Assembly (NCBI GenBank): GCA_050575255.1
Contig: JBNZDD010013726.1
Location: 9,640,618-9,704,617, forward strand
Direction: 5' to 3'
Source of the DNA: Harriotta raleighana
Taxonomy: Eukaryota
DNA length: 64,000 nt
Shown here: positions 53,050 to 64,000 of the stretch, one piece after another
How positions within the stretch are numbered: the first letter of the stretch is position 1
Layout: each line of letters starts with the position of its first letter
The notes under the pieces: model-generated
The model's database searches: none
Told to the model about the DNA's origin: nothing
What the model saw: the letters and a program-made list of their open reading frames with translations, nothing else
Made by a program: the position numbers and the translations under genes

Positions 53050-54445
53050 TCGAGTTTCCATGTCACCCACAGCACAGAAACAGCTTTGGTCAAAGTGACA
53101 AATGACATGTTGTCCATCTGCACCCAGAGCTCTGTCCACATCCTCGTTCTCCTCCCCGATCCCTTCAATATTGTTGACCACTCTATCCTCCTCCACTGCC
53201 TCTCCTCTCACCTCAAACTTCAGGATTCTGTCCTAGAATAGTTCAGATCCTTCCTCTCACACCATCTCCACTGCATCTCCACCAACAGCTTCTCCTCTAG
53301 CCCCTGCACCATCTTGTGCAGAGTTCCACAGGCCTCTGTCCATGGTCCCCTCTTTTTCAACATCTATATGCTCCCTCGTGGTGACATCATCCACGGTCAT
53401 GGGATCTATGTCTCTACCTCTGCCCTTGACTCCAGGAGGATAGAGTTCAAAGTGCTCGTCCTCACCTTCAAAGCCCTCCATGTGCTTGCTCCTTCCTAAC
53501 TCTGTTACCCGCAAAAGCCATATCAACCTGCCCGCTGCCTCCACTGAGCTGGCTCCAGCCTGCTCCATAACCCCCGTCCAGTCTGCCCCACCACCGGTGG
53601 TCGGGCCTTTAACCTCTCTGCCTCCACCCTTTGGAACTCCATTTGGCAGTCCGTGCCTCGCTCCCTCCCTTGCCTGCTTCAGGGCACGTCTTCAGACCCT
53701 TCTCTTCCAGCACTCTGTCAGACATCATCCTGGATGAAAGCTAACGTTCTGAAGTTGAGCATCAACAAGACCAAGGCCCTGTTGATTGGCTCCCGTCAGC
53801 GCTTCCACACCTCAGACACTGACAGCATCAGCGTCCATGGATGCACACTCCACCTTGCTAAGCCAGTCTGGAACCCTGGTGTCTTTTTGGACCCCCAACT
53901 ATCCATTCTACTCCACATCTGGGCATTGCCTCGCTCTGCCTTCCCCCACCTCTGCAGCATTGCTTGGCTCCTCCACTGTCTCATACCAGAGGCCTCATAG
54001 ACATTCATAAAAGCCAGCCTCGACTATGTAAACTCCCTGCTTGTTGGCCGCCCCAACAACTCCTTCCATAGGCTGCAGATCAGCCAGAAACCTTTCAACC
54101 CTATTACCCCTATTACCCCCATTCTCACCCAACTTCACTGGTTCTACATCACACCTCAGCTTCATGATCCCTGACTCACTCGCCTGCCCGCCCCACCATT
54201 ATTGGGCAGATATTCTGCTCCCTCCAGAACTCCATCCCGCAGTCCCTCCGCCTTGCTCCCTCCCTTGATGCCTTCAAGACCCGTCTCAAGAACGTCCTCT
54301 TTGACCGGACCTCCAATCACCCTCCTTCTCCCCCTCCCCCCCCCCCACCCACCGATCCTGGCTCCCAGCTCCCAGCTTGCGTCTGAAACACTGATTGTCC
54401 AAGTGTCCTGTGAAAGGCGCTGTACAAATGTAATTTTGCAGTTGT
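53050..54445 (+). mobile_element. L2 LINE reverse-transcriptase remnants (two interleaved pieces)
   Basis: HSTETALVKVTND, VDHSILL, VPQASVHGPLFFNIYMLP, WMKANVLKLSINKTKALLIG, ITPILTQLHW; tail aaggcgctgtacaaatgtaattttg. Confidence 0.85.
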
Positions 54446-55284
54446 TAATGTCAGAATTTGAAGGGAGGAATATTGAGAGCATTAGTTAGTACTAACTCCT
54501 GTTATTCCACACTTTTTTTTCTCAACTGGGACGAGCTTGCTAACATTAAGGGCTGATGAATTTCTCATCTTTAGTGTCAACATTTAGGGCAAAGCTCCAT
54601 TCCCTCCCTGAAATAATCCACCTCAACCCATAACTCAGAAGAACATGCTCTTATTAGTGTGACCATTCCTTTTCTCCACTAGCTATCTTTATGACTCCTC
54701 TGTGTGACACTACCAATTTAGAGCCAATTGGTGCTAAATTATGAGCACTTTTGTGCTGTGGACTCACACTCATTAGCAACTGGGGTGGAGAATGCGTTCA
54801 AACCAGTTTCACACAGGACAGTTACAGCGAGATGAAAGGTGTTTAGCAGTTTAGGTTGGGTTTAATACTCAGGTCCCAGAGGTGAAAGCACAATTTTCAA
54901 ACTCAAATCTGCTGGCCATACAGTACTTGCTCAAATTTAAAAATTCTTTTTTCCAGTTTTCCTGTAGCAAAGTTTTTTTTTTAATGATTTATATGATCCT
55001 TAATCCCCCTAAATGTACTTTCGTTTACCCGACATCTGCCCATATTCCTAGATTTGTCTGTAATCTTCAGCAAGATTTTCTTAACACTTATACATAATTC
55101 TTCTATTCTTCATGCTGTAATTTGTTCTGCAACCTAACATAGCATATGCAAATTTTGATTGAATTGCCCCTCGAACACATGTCACAATCATTCTTCGCCA
55201 AAAATAGGTATCAGTTGGAGTAATGGGTTCATTCACTGTGAAAGTGCTTTCCTAGGTAAGAGCAATACTCGACTTTAACTGTAC

Positions 55285-55350
55285 AGCACCTTTGGATGTC
55301 CTCCCGACGTGAAAAGCGTTCTACAAATGTAACTTTGTTGTTGTTGTTAA
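55285..55350 (+). mobile_element. L2 3' tail remnant
   Basis: ttggatgtcctcccgacgtgaaaagcgttctacaaatgtaactttgttgttg. Confidence 0.75.
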
Positions 55351-55470
55351 AGACATCACTGTTTCAGTTTATATCTTTGGTCTAGCAGAAGTNGTTCTAC
55401 AAATGTAACTTTGTTGTTGTTGTTAAAGACATCACTGTTTCAGCTTATATCTTTGGTCTAGCAGAAGTGT

Positions 55471-56003
55471 ACAACAACAACAACAACAAAATTACACTTG
55501 TATAGCGTCTTTCACATCGGGAGGACGCCCCAAAGTGCTGAACAATCAGGTCGGGACCCGAGCGCGGGGGGAAGGGTCGGGGGTAGGGGGAGGGGGAAGA
55601 GTCAGAAAGGGGAGCTGAAGGCACGGTCGAAGAGANGAAGAGTCAGGAAGGGGAGCTGAAGGCGCGGTCGAAGAGAAATGTTTTGAGCCCGGCCTTGAAG
55701 GAGGAAAGGGAGGAAGCAAGGCGGAGGGATTGCGGGATGGAGTTCCAGAGTGTGAGGGCAGAGAGGCTGAAAGCCCGGCCACCGATGGTTGGGGGGTTAG
55801 GGCGGTGGACGTAGAGCAGGCCTGAGTCTGCTGAATCTGCTGTGGACACGGGCAGGCTGATAGGGAGNGCCTGAGTCTGCTGAATCTGCTGTGGACGCGG
55901 GCAGGCTGATAGGGAGACGGCAGGTCAGAGAGATAGGCGGCGGCAAGGCCGTGAGTGGCCTTGAATGTGAGGACGAGGACCTTGAATTCGATCCTCTGGG
56001 GGA
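55471..56003 (-). mobile_element. Young 5'-truncated L2
   Basis: IGGRAFSLSALTLWNSIPQSLRLASSLSSFKAGLKTFLF is the L2 ORF2 end; (CAA)n tail; possible TSD agtgta. Confidence 0.85.
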
Positions 56004-56499
56004 GTGTAGGTACTAATCAGTAAAATACAGGCGAATGATACTCATTGCTTCATTGGTGCTAAAAGGAAACAGATCCATTCATCTCATTATTGAACACAGT
56101 CACCTATCCAATGCCTTAAAAATATAATAACTTTGAGATGTTTTTCTGTGATAAAACACAAGGATTATTCGCAGTGAAATGTAGCCATATTTTACTTTGC
56201 TTTAACACTTCAGCTTTTATTCAGTGCAACATTGTGATGAGTGCTTGGCTTTACTTTGGGAGAACGCATCTTATGTTATGACCTTAGTCAATTCGGGACA
56301 TTCATTTTGTCATAGCCTCTGTAATTTTGCAAGATATTGCATTTTAAATACTTCAGGTAAAAGAGTTATAAAAGGCCTGGAATCAAGAGTATTGACTCCA
56401 CCAGGAATGAAGCTTCAACCAGATAAACCAATATAATTTCCTTTCATCACCGTCATTTCCATTAAAATTGCCTTGTGTCTAAAGCAATGACAGATTGTA

Positions 56500-56900
56500 T
56501 GAACAACTATAACCCTTGAACCTTCCTTTCTTTCCCATGCAATTTTTTTTTACCCCATGGACTTATCCCTTAATACATTATAGTTGCAAGAATATAATTG
56601 CACCAGTTTTTTTTAAAAAAAATCAATATTTAAATAGTATTCAATGTATTCTTCTACCACATTCTACTTGATGCATTTCTCCATACCTAACATCATTTTT
56701 CTTTAGATTTGAAAAATATACATTTCTGGATATTTTACTGAATGCTTTGCTTAAATTCAACCGCTTTATTAAACCCTTAATATATTTTAGTGCATCTATC
56801 CAGCAGAGTAAAAATAATACTTTTCTAACCTCATAAGAAAGGATTGAATGAATTACATTATTTCTATGATTAAACAGTATCTTGCCAGCTTCAATCTTGT
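56500..56900 (-). mobile_element. Highly decayed LINE RT fragment
   Basis: LNLSKAFSKI resembles the RT motif LDLSKAFDxV. Confidence 0.4.
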
Positions 56901-57284
56901 TGTTCAATCTTCACTTGTTTTGTGCTTTTATTTTCAAATAGAAGTCATTGATTGTTTCTATCTGTGAAGTATGGTTTCATTTTGATTGATAGCCTCTCTC
57001 TAGAGCAAATTCATTGAATATTAAAATATTTATTGTGCCACTAACCTTAGAGCTTCAGCTTTTTTTTAATACAAAACTGGTGTAAAACAGGCAGGCGTAT
57101 AGCACTTATACCACATTGTAACTTGTGGGTTACACAAAAATGGTTGGTGTCTCCTTCTTCTCCCTAATGAAGCTGGAATTCTCTGCTGGACCCTTCAAAA
57201 AACTGTATTGAGTGAATATGCTAATACTGTAATACTTGCATTTTGATATTGTGTCTTATCACGTCGGATTTTGCACCAATTTGG

Positions 57285-57445
57285 CATACAGCAATGTCTT
57301 CCCAAACAGCCATGAAGTGAATGGACTAATTTTATCAGGGAGGTTGTTGGCCGGGACACCAGTAGAAACTCCCTTCGCTGTTTGAATAATGTCACAGGAT
57401 CTTTTAATATCCACCAGCAGGTAGACAGTGACCTGAGTTTAACGA
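57285..57445 (-). mobile_element. Deu-domain SINE remnant
   Basis: cagcaatgtcttcccaaacagc..gttggccgggacaccag..ggatcttttaatatccacc..gtttaacg. Confidence 0.65.
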
Positions 57446-58699
57446 TTATTTCTTACAATATTGCGAGTGTGCATCAAGTTTCCTCTAAAATATGTTGATG
57501 CTTTTCGCTTCTAACCACAGGTTCTAGCAGTGAGTCCCACATTCTCATCGCCTTCTGCGTAAACAACAACAAATGACATGCAAAGAAGTTTCTCCAAAGC
57601 ACGAAATGTTTCCCTGCATGGAGGGAGGGAAGCAAAAGCGATCTATCTCTTTCGAGTTGCTGCAAAAAAAGACAGCTTCCAAATATTGACTGAATTAAAT
57701 TTTTGTTATAATCTTAAAACTTAAAGAAATCAATCTCAGGGATAAAACCATGAGAGGATTCAAGCACCTGGCGAAGATATGAACCTGTAATGTTGAGGAA
57801 CACAGATTGGTTGCTAACAGAGGCACTGGCGAAGACCTTGAAGCTGGCTGCCTCTCTGCTTTCTCTTTCCTTTAAAATGAGTAATTATCAAATGTGCATT
57901 TGAACATATAAAGCAGAACAATCTGAAGATATAAAATGAACATTGAAAAAATTGCTCTGCATTGAAGAAATCGTTATTGCTGTTGGCGGTATCATTCTGC
58001 GAGTTAATATAATTTGAGGTAGTTTGGTTTGTCAGACTTCCGCCACACTGTTTCTATGAACCCTGTTAAATCTGGTCAGATAGCCTTACCTTTTCATGCA
58101 TTGCAAACTTCTTAAACCATAGATTTGTCCTGAACAAAAAAATAACATGAAGGAAGGAGTCTTTCAATCAATACTGGAATCCCTTAGATTCAGGTAACAG
58201 CTGAATATTCTCTCTAACTTTGCATTTTGCACTTCTGGGGAGAGCCCACTAGGGAAAGGACTTGTTTTCACTCCAGGCCTCATCAATACCTAAATCCTGG
58301 CGAACAAGTGACACTGAGAAGCTGTAATCAATAGCTCCCTGTGCGTTTTTTCTTCTGGTCAAATGGTTCAGCACTACTGACAGCCCTGACACTTAGAACA
58401 TGATGCTAAATCTTTATCAACAGCCATCTAGGTGACTGGCAAAACAAGATGCTGGCAGTCATTAATGCTCATGGCAATCTGTGAATAAACTAACTCCCTA
58501 TAAAGCTCTTGTTTTTAAAAAAAAAGGTAAAAGAAAAAACTCTCTGTACCATGTATTGATTGTCTTTGAACTGCATTTAGCAAAATCCTGTCAGTAGACT
58601 GAATGGGGCACTGTTCAACAGTGGTGTCAAACTCATTACTTGTTTTAGGCTTTATACAGTAGAAAGTGACCAGTCCACTATGCCCAACTGACTTAATGC

Positions 58700-58935
58700 A
58701 GGTGCATATCCGTATCTATTTCCAAATCCATCTTCAATTGGCAACAAGCCGGGTTACAAAGCCAAGCCACCCATTTGCTGTTCAGTCCTGTGAACTCCAT
58801 TCGTAGAAGTTCACAATATTCCCACACTATTTTCCCGTCTCCTGTTGCAAATCCAACGAAGTCAGGATGTTCCAGAAGCCCAGTATGTTTTAAGTGTGTG
58901 CTGAAAAGTCTGGAAACTTGCAGCCCTGCCACCAG
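58700..58935 (-). mobile_element. Possible RTE-clade endonuclease start remnant
   Basis: LGFWNILTSLD resembles the APE-domain start LGTWNVRTLLD; stops follow. Confidence 0.35.
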
Positions 58936-59684
58936 CCAACTCAAATGTCACAAGGCCAACTCATCATCATGATTAGTATAACTGATTTGGTAGAAAGCAG
59001 TAGGAAAATAACTGAAGACTCAAATTCCTGGGGGAAAAAGGCTAGCGTTGCAGTGGGAAAGATTTAAAAATACATACCAATAAATGCAATACGTACACAT
59101 GTTATACCCAACATAGACTTCAATTATATATACCAAACTGTGAATATTTTACTGCGTTTAACTACATCATAATTTGTGTAATGCTCTGGGACACTATCCT
59201 GCGTGAGGCGAGCTTATATAAATGTAAGTTGTTGCTGTTAGATTTAGTGAAATTACGCTACGCAGTGAATACAATGAGCATTATGTACTATATGATACAG
59301 TTTATTGAGATCTGAGTGAGTATTAAGTACGAACCCTTTCAATAAAGGGCTATACCTTTTGCTAGTGGTACATTCCATGTGCTTCAGTGAGGCAGCCAAT
59401 GTTTTATTCAAAGGGGAAAGGGTTGAATATGAAATAAGGGGCTTAAAGTGAACAACTCTTGACGCCTTGTAGCAACTATAGGCCTACATTATCCTGTCTC
59501 ACAAGAGATTGAAGACACTAAGCTGAGTGGCCCAAACCATATTCCCTTTAGCTGTAAATGTCTCTGCAGTCCCAAAGTTCCCTACACCAGGTTTCTTTGA
59601 CAGCTTACAATAAAAAGTAAAGCGATAAGAGACTGAAAATATGAAATCAAAATGCTAGAAATCCACTAGCCAATTTGTAAGAGC

Positions 59685-59725
59685 ATCTTTGTGAGATGCC
59701 AACGTGCTCGACCTTTCATCAGAAC
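59685..59725 (-). mobile_element. Second Penelope-like remnant
   Basis: Minus strand ttCTGATGAaaggtcgagcacgtt..acaaagatgct. Confidence 0.35.
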
Positions 59726-59819
59726 AAATGCTATGTGAAGCCCGGCTGTAGAGTAGAGGGTGGCAGATAAAGAAATACAAGATTTGTAAAGAAGGTNGGG
59801 AATGGTTACAGGTGGGGTG

Positions 59820-59820
<1 letters not shown>

Positions 59821-59869
<49 letters not shown>
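59821..59869. repeat. Poly-G run (49 nt)
   Basis: Homopolymer near an n; length unreliable. Confidence 0.9.
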
Positions 59870-59870
<1 letters not shown>

Positions 59871-60004
59871 ATGGTGTAAAATGCTATGAATTGTAAATTG
59901 AGAGTAATCATTGGCTGTAAGAATGTGTGAAATTCCAAGATAGTTAACAATTAAAAACAGGTTAAAAAACATAGTTAGGGCTGGAATGGTTTCCGTTGTA
60001 ATTG

Positions 60005-60337
60005 TTCCAGAAGTTTCTCTGTGGCCTTATTAGCTGCTGATTGTGAGACCATTAAGTGCTGCACCCCCGACCCTCACTAATTATTAAGATGAAACAAATA
60101 TAAATCAGCAGAGGGGCTTTTAAGACTCTTGCGACTTTCCCATATTCAGAAATCTGCCGCATAAATCCATNTTCCAGAAGTTTCTCTGTGGCCTTATTAG
60201 CTGCTGATTGTGAGACCATTACGTGCTGCACCCCCGACCCTCACTAATTATTAAGATGAAACAAATATAAATCAGCAGAGGGGCTTTTAAGACTCTTGTG
60301 ACTTTCCCATATTCAGAAATCTGCCGCATAAATCCAT
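60005..60337. repeat. 166-bp duplication across a single n (assembly overlap)
   Basis: 60005-60170 repeated at 60172-60337; 2 substitutions seen. Confidence 0.9.
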
Positions 60338-60519
60338 CTTTTGGATTCTAAAGTGGAAAATAGCCATTGTGAGATTACAGTGAAAATACACAAGTTTTCT
60401 AAACGTAGTTGTCTTGATATTACCAGTTCTAGCTCCATTTGAGGTCGCTGAAAAAAGTTTTACTACTGCACAAAATTCCGACATGAAAGGCGCTCTATAA
60501 ATCAATCAATCAATCAATC

Positions 60520-60595
60520 CAAATTACATTTATATAGCGCCTTCCAAGTTAGGAGGACGTCCCAAGGTGCTGTACAGTCAAGTAGGATCAGAGCA

Positions 60596-60636
<41 letters not shown>

Positions 60637-61075
60637 ATTCTTNNNNNNNNNNNNNNNNNNNNNNNNNNNNNNNNNNNNNNNNNNNNNNNNNNNNGGGGGA
60701 AGGAAAGTAGGAAAAATTGATTATATATTTGTGGACGAAAAGGCGGCAGCCAAATTGCGCACAGCGGTGTCCCACAAACAGTCATGGAAGTGGGGATAGG
60801 GGAGAAATGGGGGAAAGATGGCAAGGGGGGGGGTCGGGGAAAGGGGGAAGGAGAATNGGGGGGGAAGGGGTCGGGGGAAGGAAAGTAGGAAAAATTGATT
60901 ATATATTTGTGGACGAAAAGGCGGCAGCCAAATTGCGCACAGCGGTGTCCCACAAACAGTCATGGAAGTGGGGATAGGGGAGAAATGGGGGAAAGATGGC
61001 AAGGGGGGGGGTCGGGGAAAGGGGGAAGGAGAATAGGAAAAACTGACTGTATATTTGTGGGCGAAATATAAATTT
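60520..61075 (-). mobile_element. L2 tail, G tract and Deu-SINE core composite, containing a 52-N gap (60643-60694) and an n-junction duplication
   Basis: Tail attacatttatatagcgccttcc; Deu core ggcagccaaattgcgcacagcggtgtcccacaaacag present twice around n60857. Confidence 0.65.
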
Positions 61076-63177
61076 TATAATTTAAATGTAATTTTGTTGT
61101 TGTATTTTGTCTCTTTATCTAGAATTAAGCAAGTTAGTCAGTAGGTTTCCACATATATTTGTGCAAATAATAACCAAATAAGTAGCATTTTCTATCAAGA
61201 ATAGAAATGATAGCCTCGCATTCAGCAAACTTCATCTGTCCAGCTATCCTGGCATCTATCACATGTGCCCTTTCCTTTATAATTTGGTCTCAAATACATT
61301 GTGAACTCGAATGCTGACAAATAATTTACATTTTCCTTATCGTTCCGTGGGTCATCAAGGTATAAATAGTTTTAGGTTGAGCTTTGGCAAACCTACATGT
61401 AGGTGAAATATTTCTCTCAGAAAGCTTCTCATTGTTTCATTTCCCAACTCATCGCAACGCAGTGCAAAGTTGACTAATCTAATCTAACTATATGATATCT
61501 CTGCAGTATTCGCGTATATCAATTTCAATATACGATGCAGGGTGCTGAACTGGGATATTGTAAAGCTTCCAGAAGTGGTATATATCTATATATATGCTAG
61601 TAATTGACAGAACAGTACAATAGACACTTTGGGATTTTATAATTTAAATTCTGAAAACAGCATTTGGGGAAAAATACATAACTGATTTGTGATGAACAAC
61701 TCCGGACTTGTGAGGAAACAGATGTGACAGGTTTGTTTTCCCAAGCCCCACATATTTCTGCTCTCTCCAAATAAAAATAAGTCGCAAGTCACAAAATCTA
61801 CGCAAGAGAATCATACAAGTAAATTACAAATTGCAAAATGCCCCCACACTTTCCTCATTACTTGGAATATTAAAAAGGCAGCCAACATTTGAAATGTACC
61901 TTACCTAGGCCAGTGACCACTTAGTTTAATTTGAACAGTAAGTTCTGGGTTACAGAGGAAGATGAATTCACAAAGAAAGCTCTTTATTTAGTTTCATCAT
62001 TATAGACAATTACGGTTGTCAGTGACATCTTGCTTAAGTTGCATGGTACTCATTTAAGATGACCTTGAACTAATCAGTCCTCCATTCCCTTACTCCCAAG
62101 AGCCTTTATGATTCTTTTATGGGCCTCCTGTACTGTTCTAATGAGCTTGTTAATTGAACTCTACGTTTGGCCTTTGAGGACCACAGACCTCACAATCAAT
62201 CTGAAATACAGCAAAGTATTTGAAGTTTCTATGCTGCAAAGGTGAGTTGCTCCGCTTTGTCCTTGGCATAATTTGTAGCAAAGACATTGCATCTCTCAGC
62301 TACTGCCAACACCTCATCTAACTTCTCATAAAGTTGAAGGTCACTGTATGAATTATACGTAGCGAGATAACTACAAAGGAAAACTTGTAGAAGTGTATGA
62401 AGGAATTTGGTAACCTCAGACATGATTGGAAATGGAAGCAGTTTAGTCTTCTGACCATATTTATATCTGCAAGAAACAAAGTGGACTTTTTAAACCCTTT
62501 CTTAATACCATACTAGTTTAAAATAAATATCTCTCAGATAGTATCAGCTTTTATTTGGGGTTAGATATGCCTCACATTATGTATTCACAGTCAGTGAATA
62601 ACTAGTGCTTGAGGTAGCGATCAAGATTTGCACTACAGACACCATTGAAACCGACAGTATTGATATACCTGAGTAGTATATCTTAAAATACATCGCAAAA
62701 TAAATCTCAACTTTCAGTGCACATTCTTGATAAGTGGATGCAATTTTCTGGCAAATGTGTGCATCTTATAAAAAATGAATAGACAATCTTTGAAAGGTGA
62801 AAAGGTACAAATTCAACAAAATCTGACAGGTCACTTTGCGTTTTGCGCGAATATAATAATGCGGGGTAAACTGGCTGAGAAAGGAAAATATGTTAAAGCA
62901 AAATAGCAGCGAGGAAATATAGCTGTAACATTTATTTCTAGATTTTTAAGTTTAAATGTAGAATAGTAGCTCAGTAGTCCTAGCAGTTCATTGTTCTACT
63001 TTCGAAAGGAGGCATGTGCTTTAAACTCCCCTCCCAAGTGACTTGAAATGTGGACGCCTTCACTGGGGGGGTAATTCCTCCCCGCAATCTTGATGGAGCA
63101 GTATTTGCCCCACTTATTCGCAGAGGGCATTGGCTCGAACTGCAATGCAGTCCAAATCCAATGCATTCATTCGAATT

Positions 63178-63290
63178 CGCCCACAAATATACAGTCAATT
63201 CACTTTACAGTATATTCTGTGAAGCGCTTTGGGACGTCGATAAGACGTAAAAAGCGCAATATCAAAATGCAAGGATTATTTATTATTGTA
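63178..63290 (+). mobile_element. SINE 3' end
   Basis: cccacaaatatacagtcaattcac..tgtgaagcgctttgggacgtc..aatgcaaggattatt. Confidence 0.75.
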
Positions 63291-63842
63291 ACCTGATGTT
63301 CAGATCCATATCAGATATTTGCTAGGGTGGGTTCGTGAGGTATTAGGGGGAGGAAAAGTGCCAACTACTCTTGCCCATTGTAACACTACACTTTTTCCTA
63401 CAGCCGTCAACATATTTCAAGATGCATGAGCTAGCAAAGGAACTTGGGTGAAAGAAATTGCAGTGAAATTACTGCTTGTACACAAGCACAGAGTAGGTAG
63501 AGAAAAATGACAGAGAAGGGACTCAGGCAATGATAAACTGAGAATTATTGGGAGTCATTTTGTTTTTTGCCCTGGGCTTTGGATATTGAATTTCTCTGTT
63601 AGTTCATTCCTCATCCTTCTGAGCTGGTCTGGCTCAATTCAAAGTTTGGCAGTTACTCTCTGGCTAGTTTAGAGATTGGATGTCACATTCATACAAATTT
63701 ACCTACAAATTCAAAATTCTTAGCTTAGTATAAATTAGGTACAGTACTTCCTAATCACGATTGTTTGGTGGGATGACATAAAGGGGGTTAGGTGCAGGAG
63801 TGAGTGTGTGTTATTGGAGGAACAAAAGCAAAAGGATTTATA

Positions 63843-64000
63843 AGCTCCTGTGGCTCAGTGGTTAGAGCACTCGCCTTACAAGCATGAGAGCTGTGTTCGA
63901 ATCCAGGCAGATCAGGGCGAAACCTTGGGCAAGTTTCCTTACTGCACAGGCCTAATAATAATCCCTCCAAAAAAAAACAATAATAAAATTGGTCATTTCA
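63843..64000 (+). mobile_element. tRNA-derived SINE 5' half (runs off the window)
   Basis: A box tggctcagtgg, B box gttcgaatcc, then aaaccttgggcaagtttccttact..aataatccct(A)n. Confidence 0.85.

Noticed and set aside
53040-53062. CTGATGA as a hammerhead core
   Set aside because: No stem II or suitably placed GAAA; part of a short duplication at an L2 junction.
59655-60953. Poly-proline ORFs
   Set aside because: Translation of poly-G runs beside gaps.
62229-62423. Helical-looking 64-aa minus-strand ORF
   Set aside because: No recognisable family, ends in a stop without a donor, and has no neighbouring exons.

Overview
Eukaryotic, AT-rich vertebrate genomic DNA from a draft assembly, with two N gaps and several single-n junctions. 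The repeat content (CR1 and L2 LINE 3' ends with (GTT)n tails, tRNA-headed Deu-domain SINEs, Penelope-like, RTE and Harbinger remnants) suggests a cartilaginous fish, probably a chimaera such as Callorhinchus milii (inference). No intact protein-coding gene is evident; most track ORFs are chance or transposon-derived. Bases 1-2000 look like the distal 3' UTR of a + strand gene that starts outside the window. The main observation is on the minus strand at ~6.7-22.7 kb: several stop- and frameshift-riddled segments line up in order with the Mab-21/cGAS-like proteins MB21D2/TMEM102 (by-eye comparison with the human MB21D2 sequence recalled from memory, not a computed alignment). They appear to form one domain split over 21.7-22.6 kb and 10.0-10.5 kb, followed by a second domain at 7.6-8.8 kb, i.e. 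a decayed multi-exon, possibly double-domain, cGAS-like locus. The 43-50 kb stretch is repeat-poor and enhancer-like.
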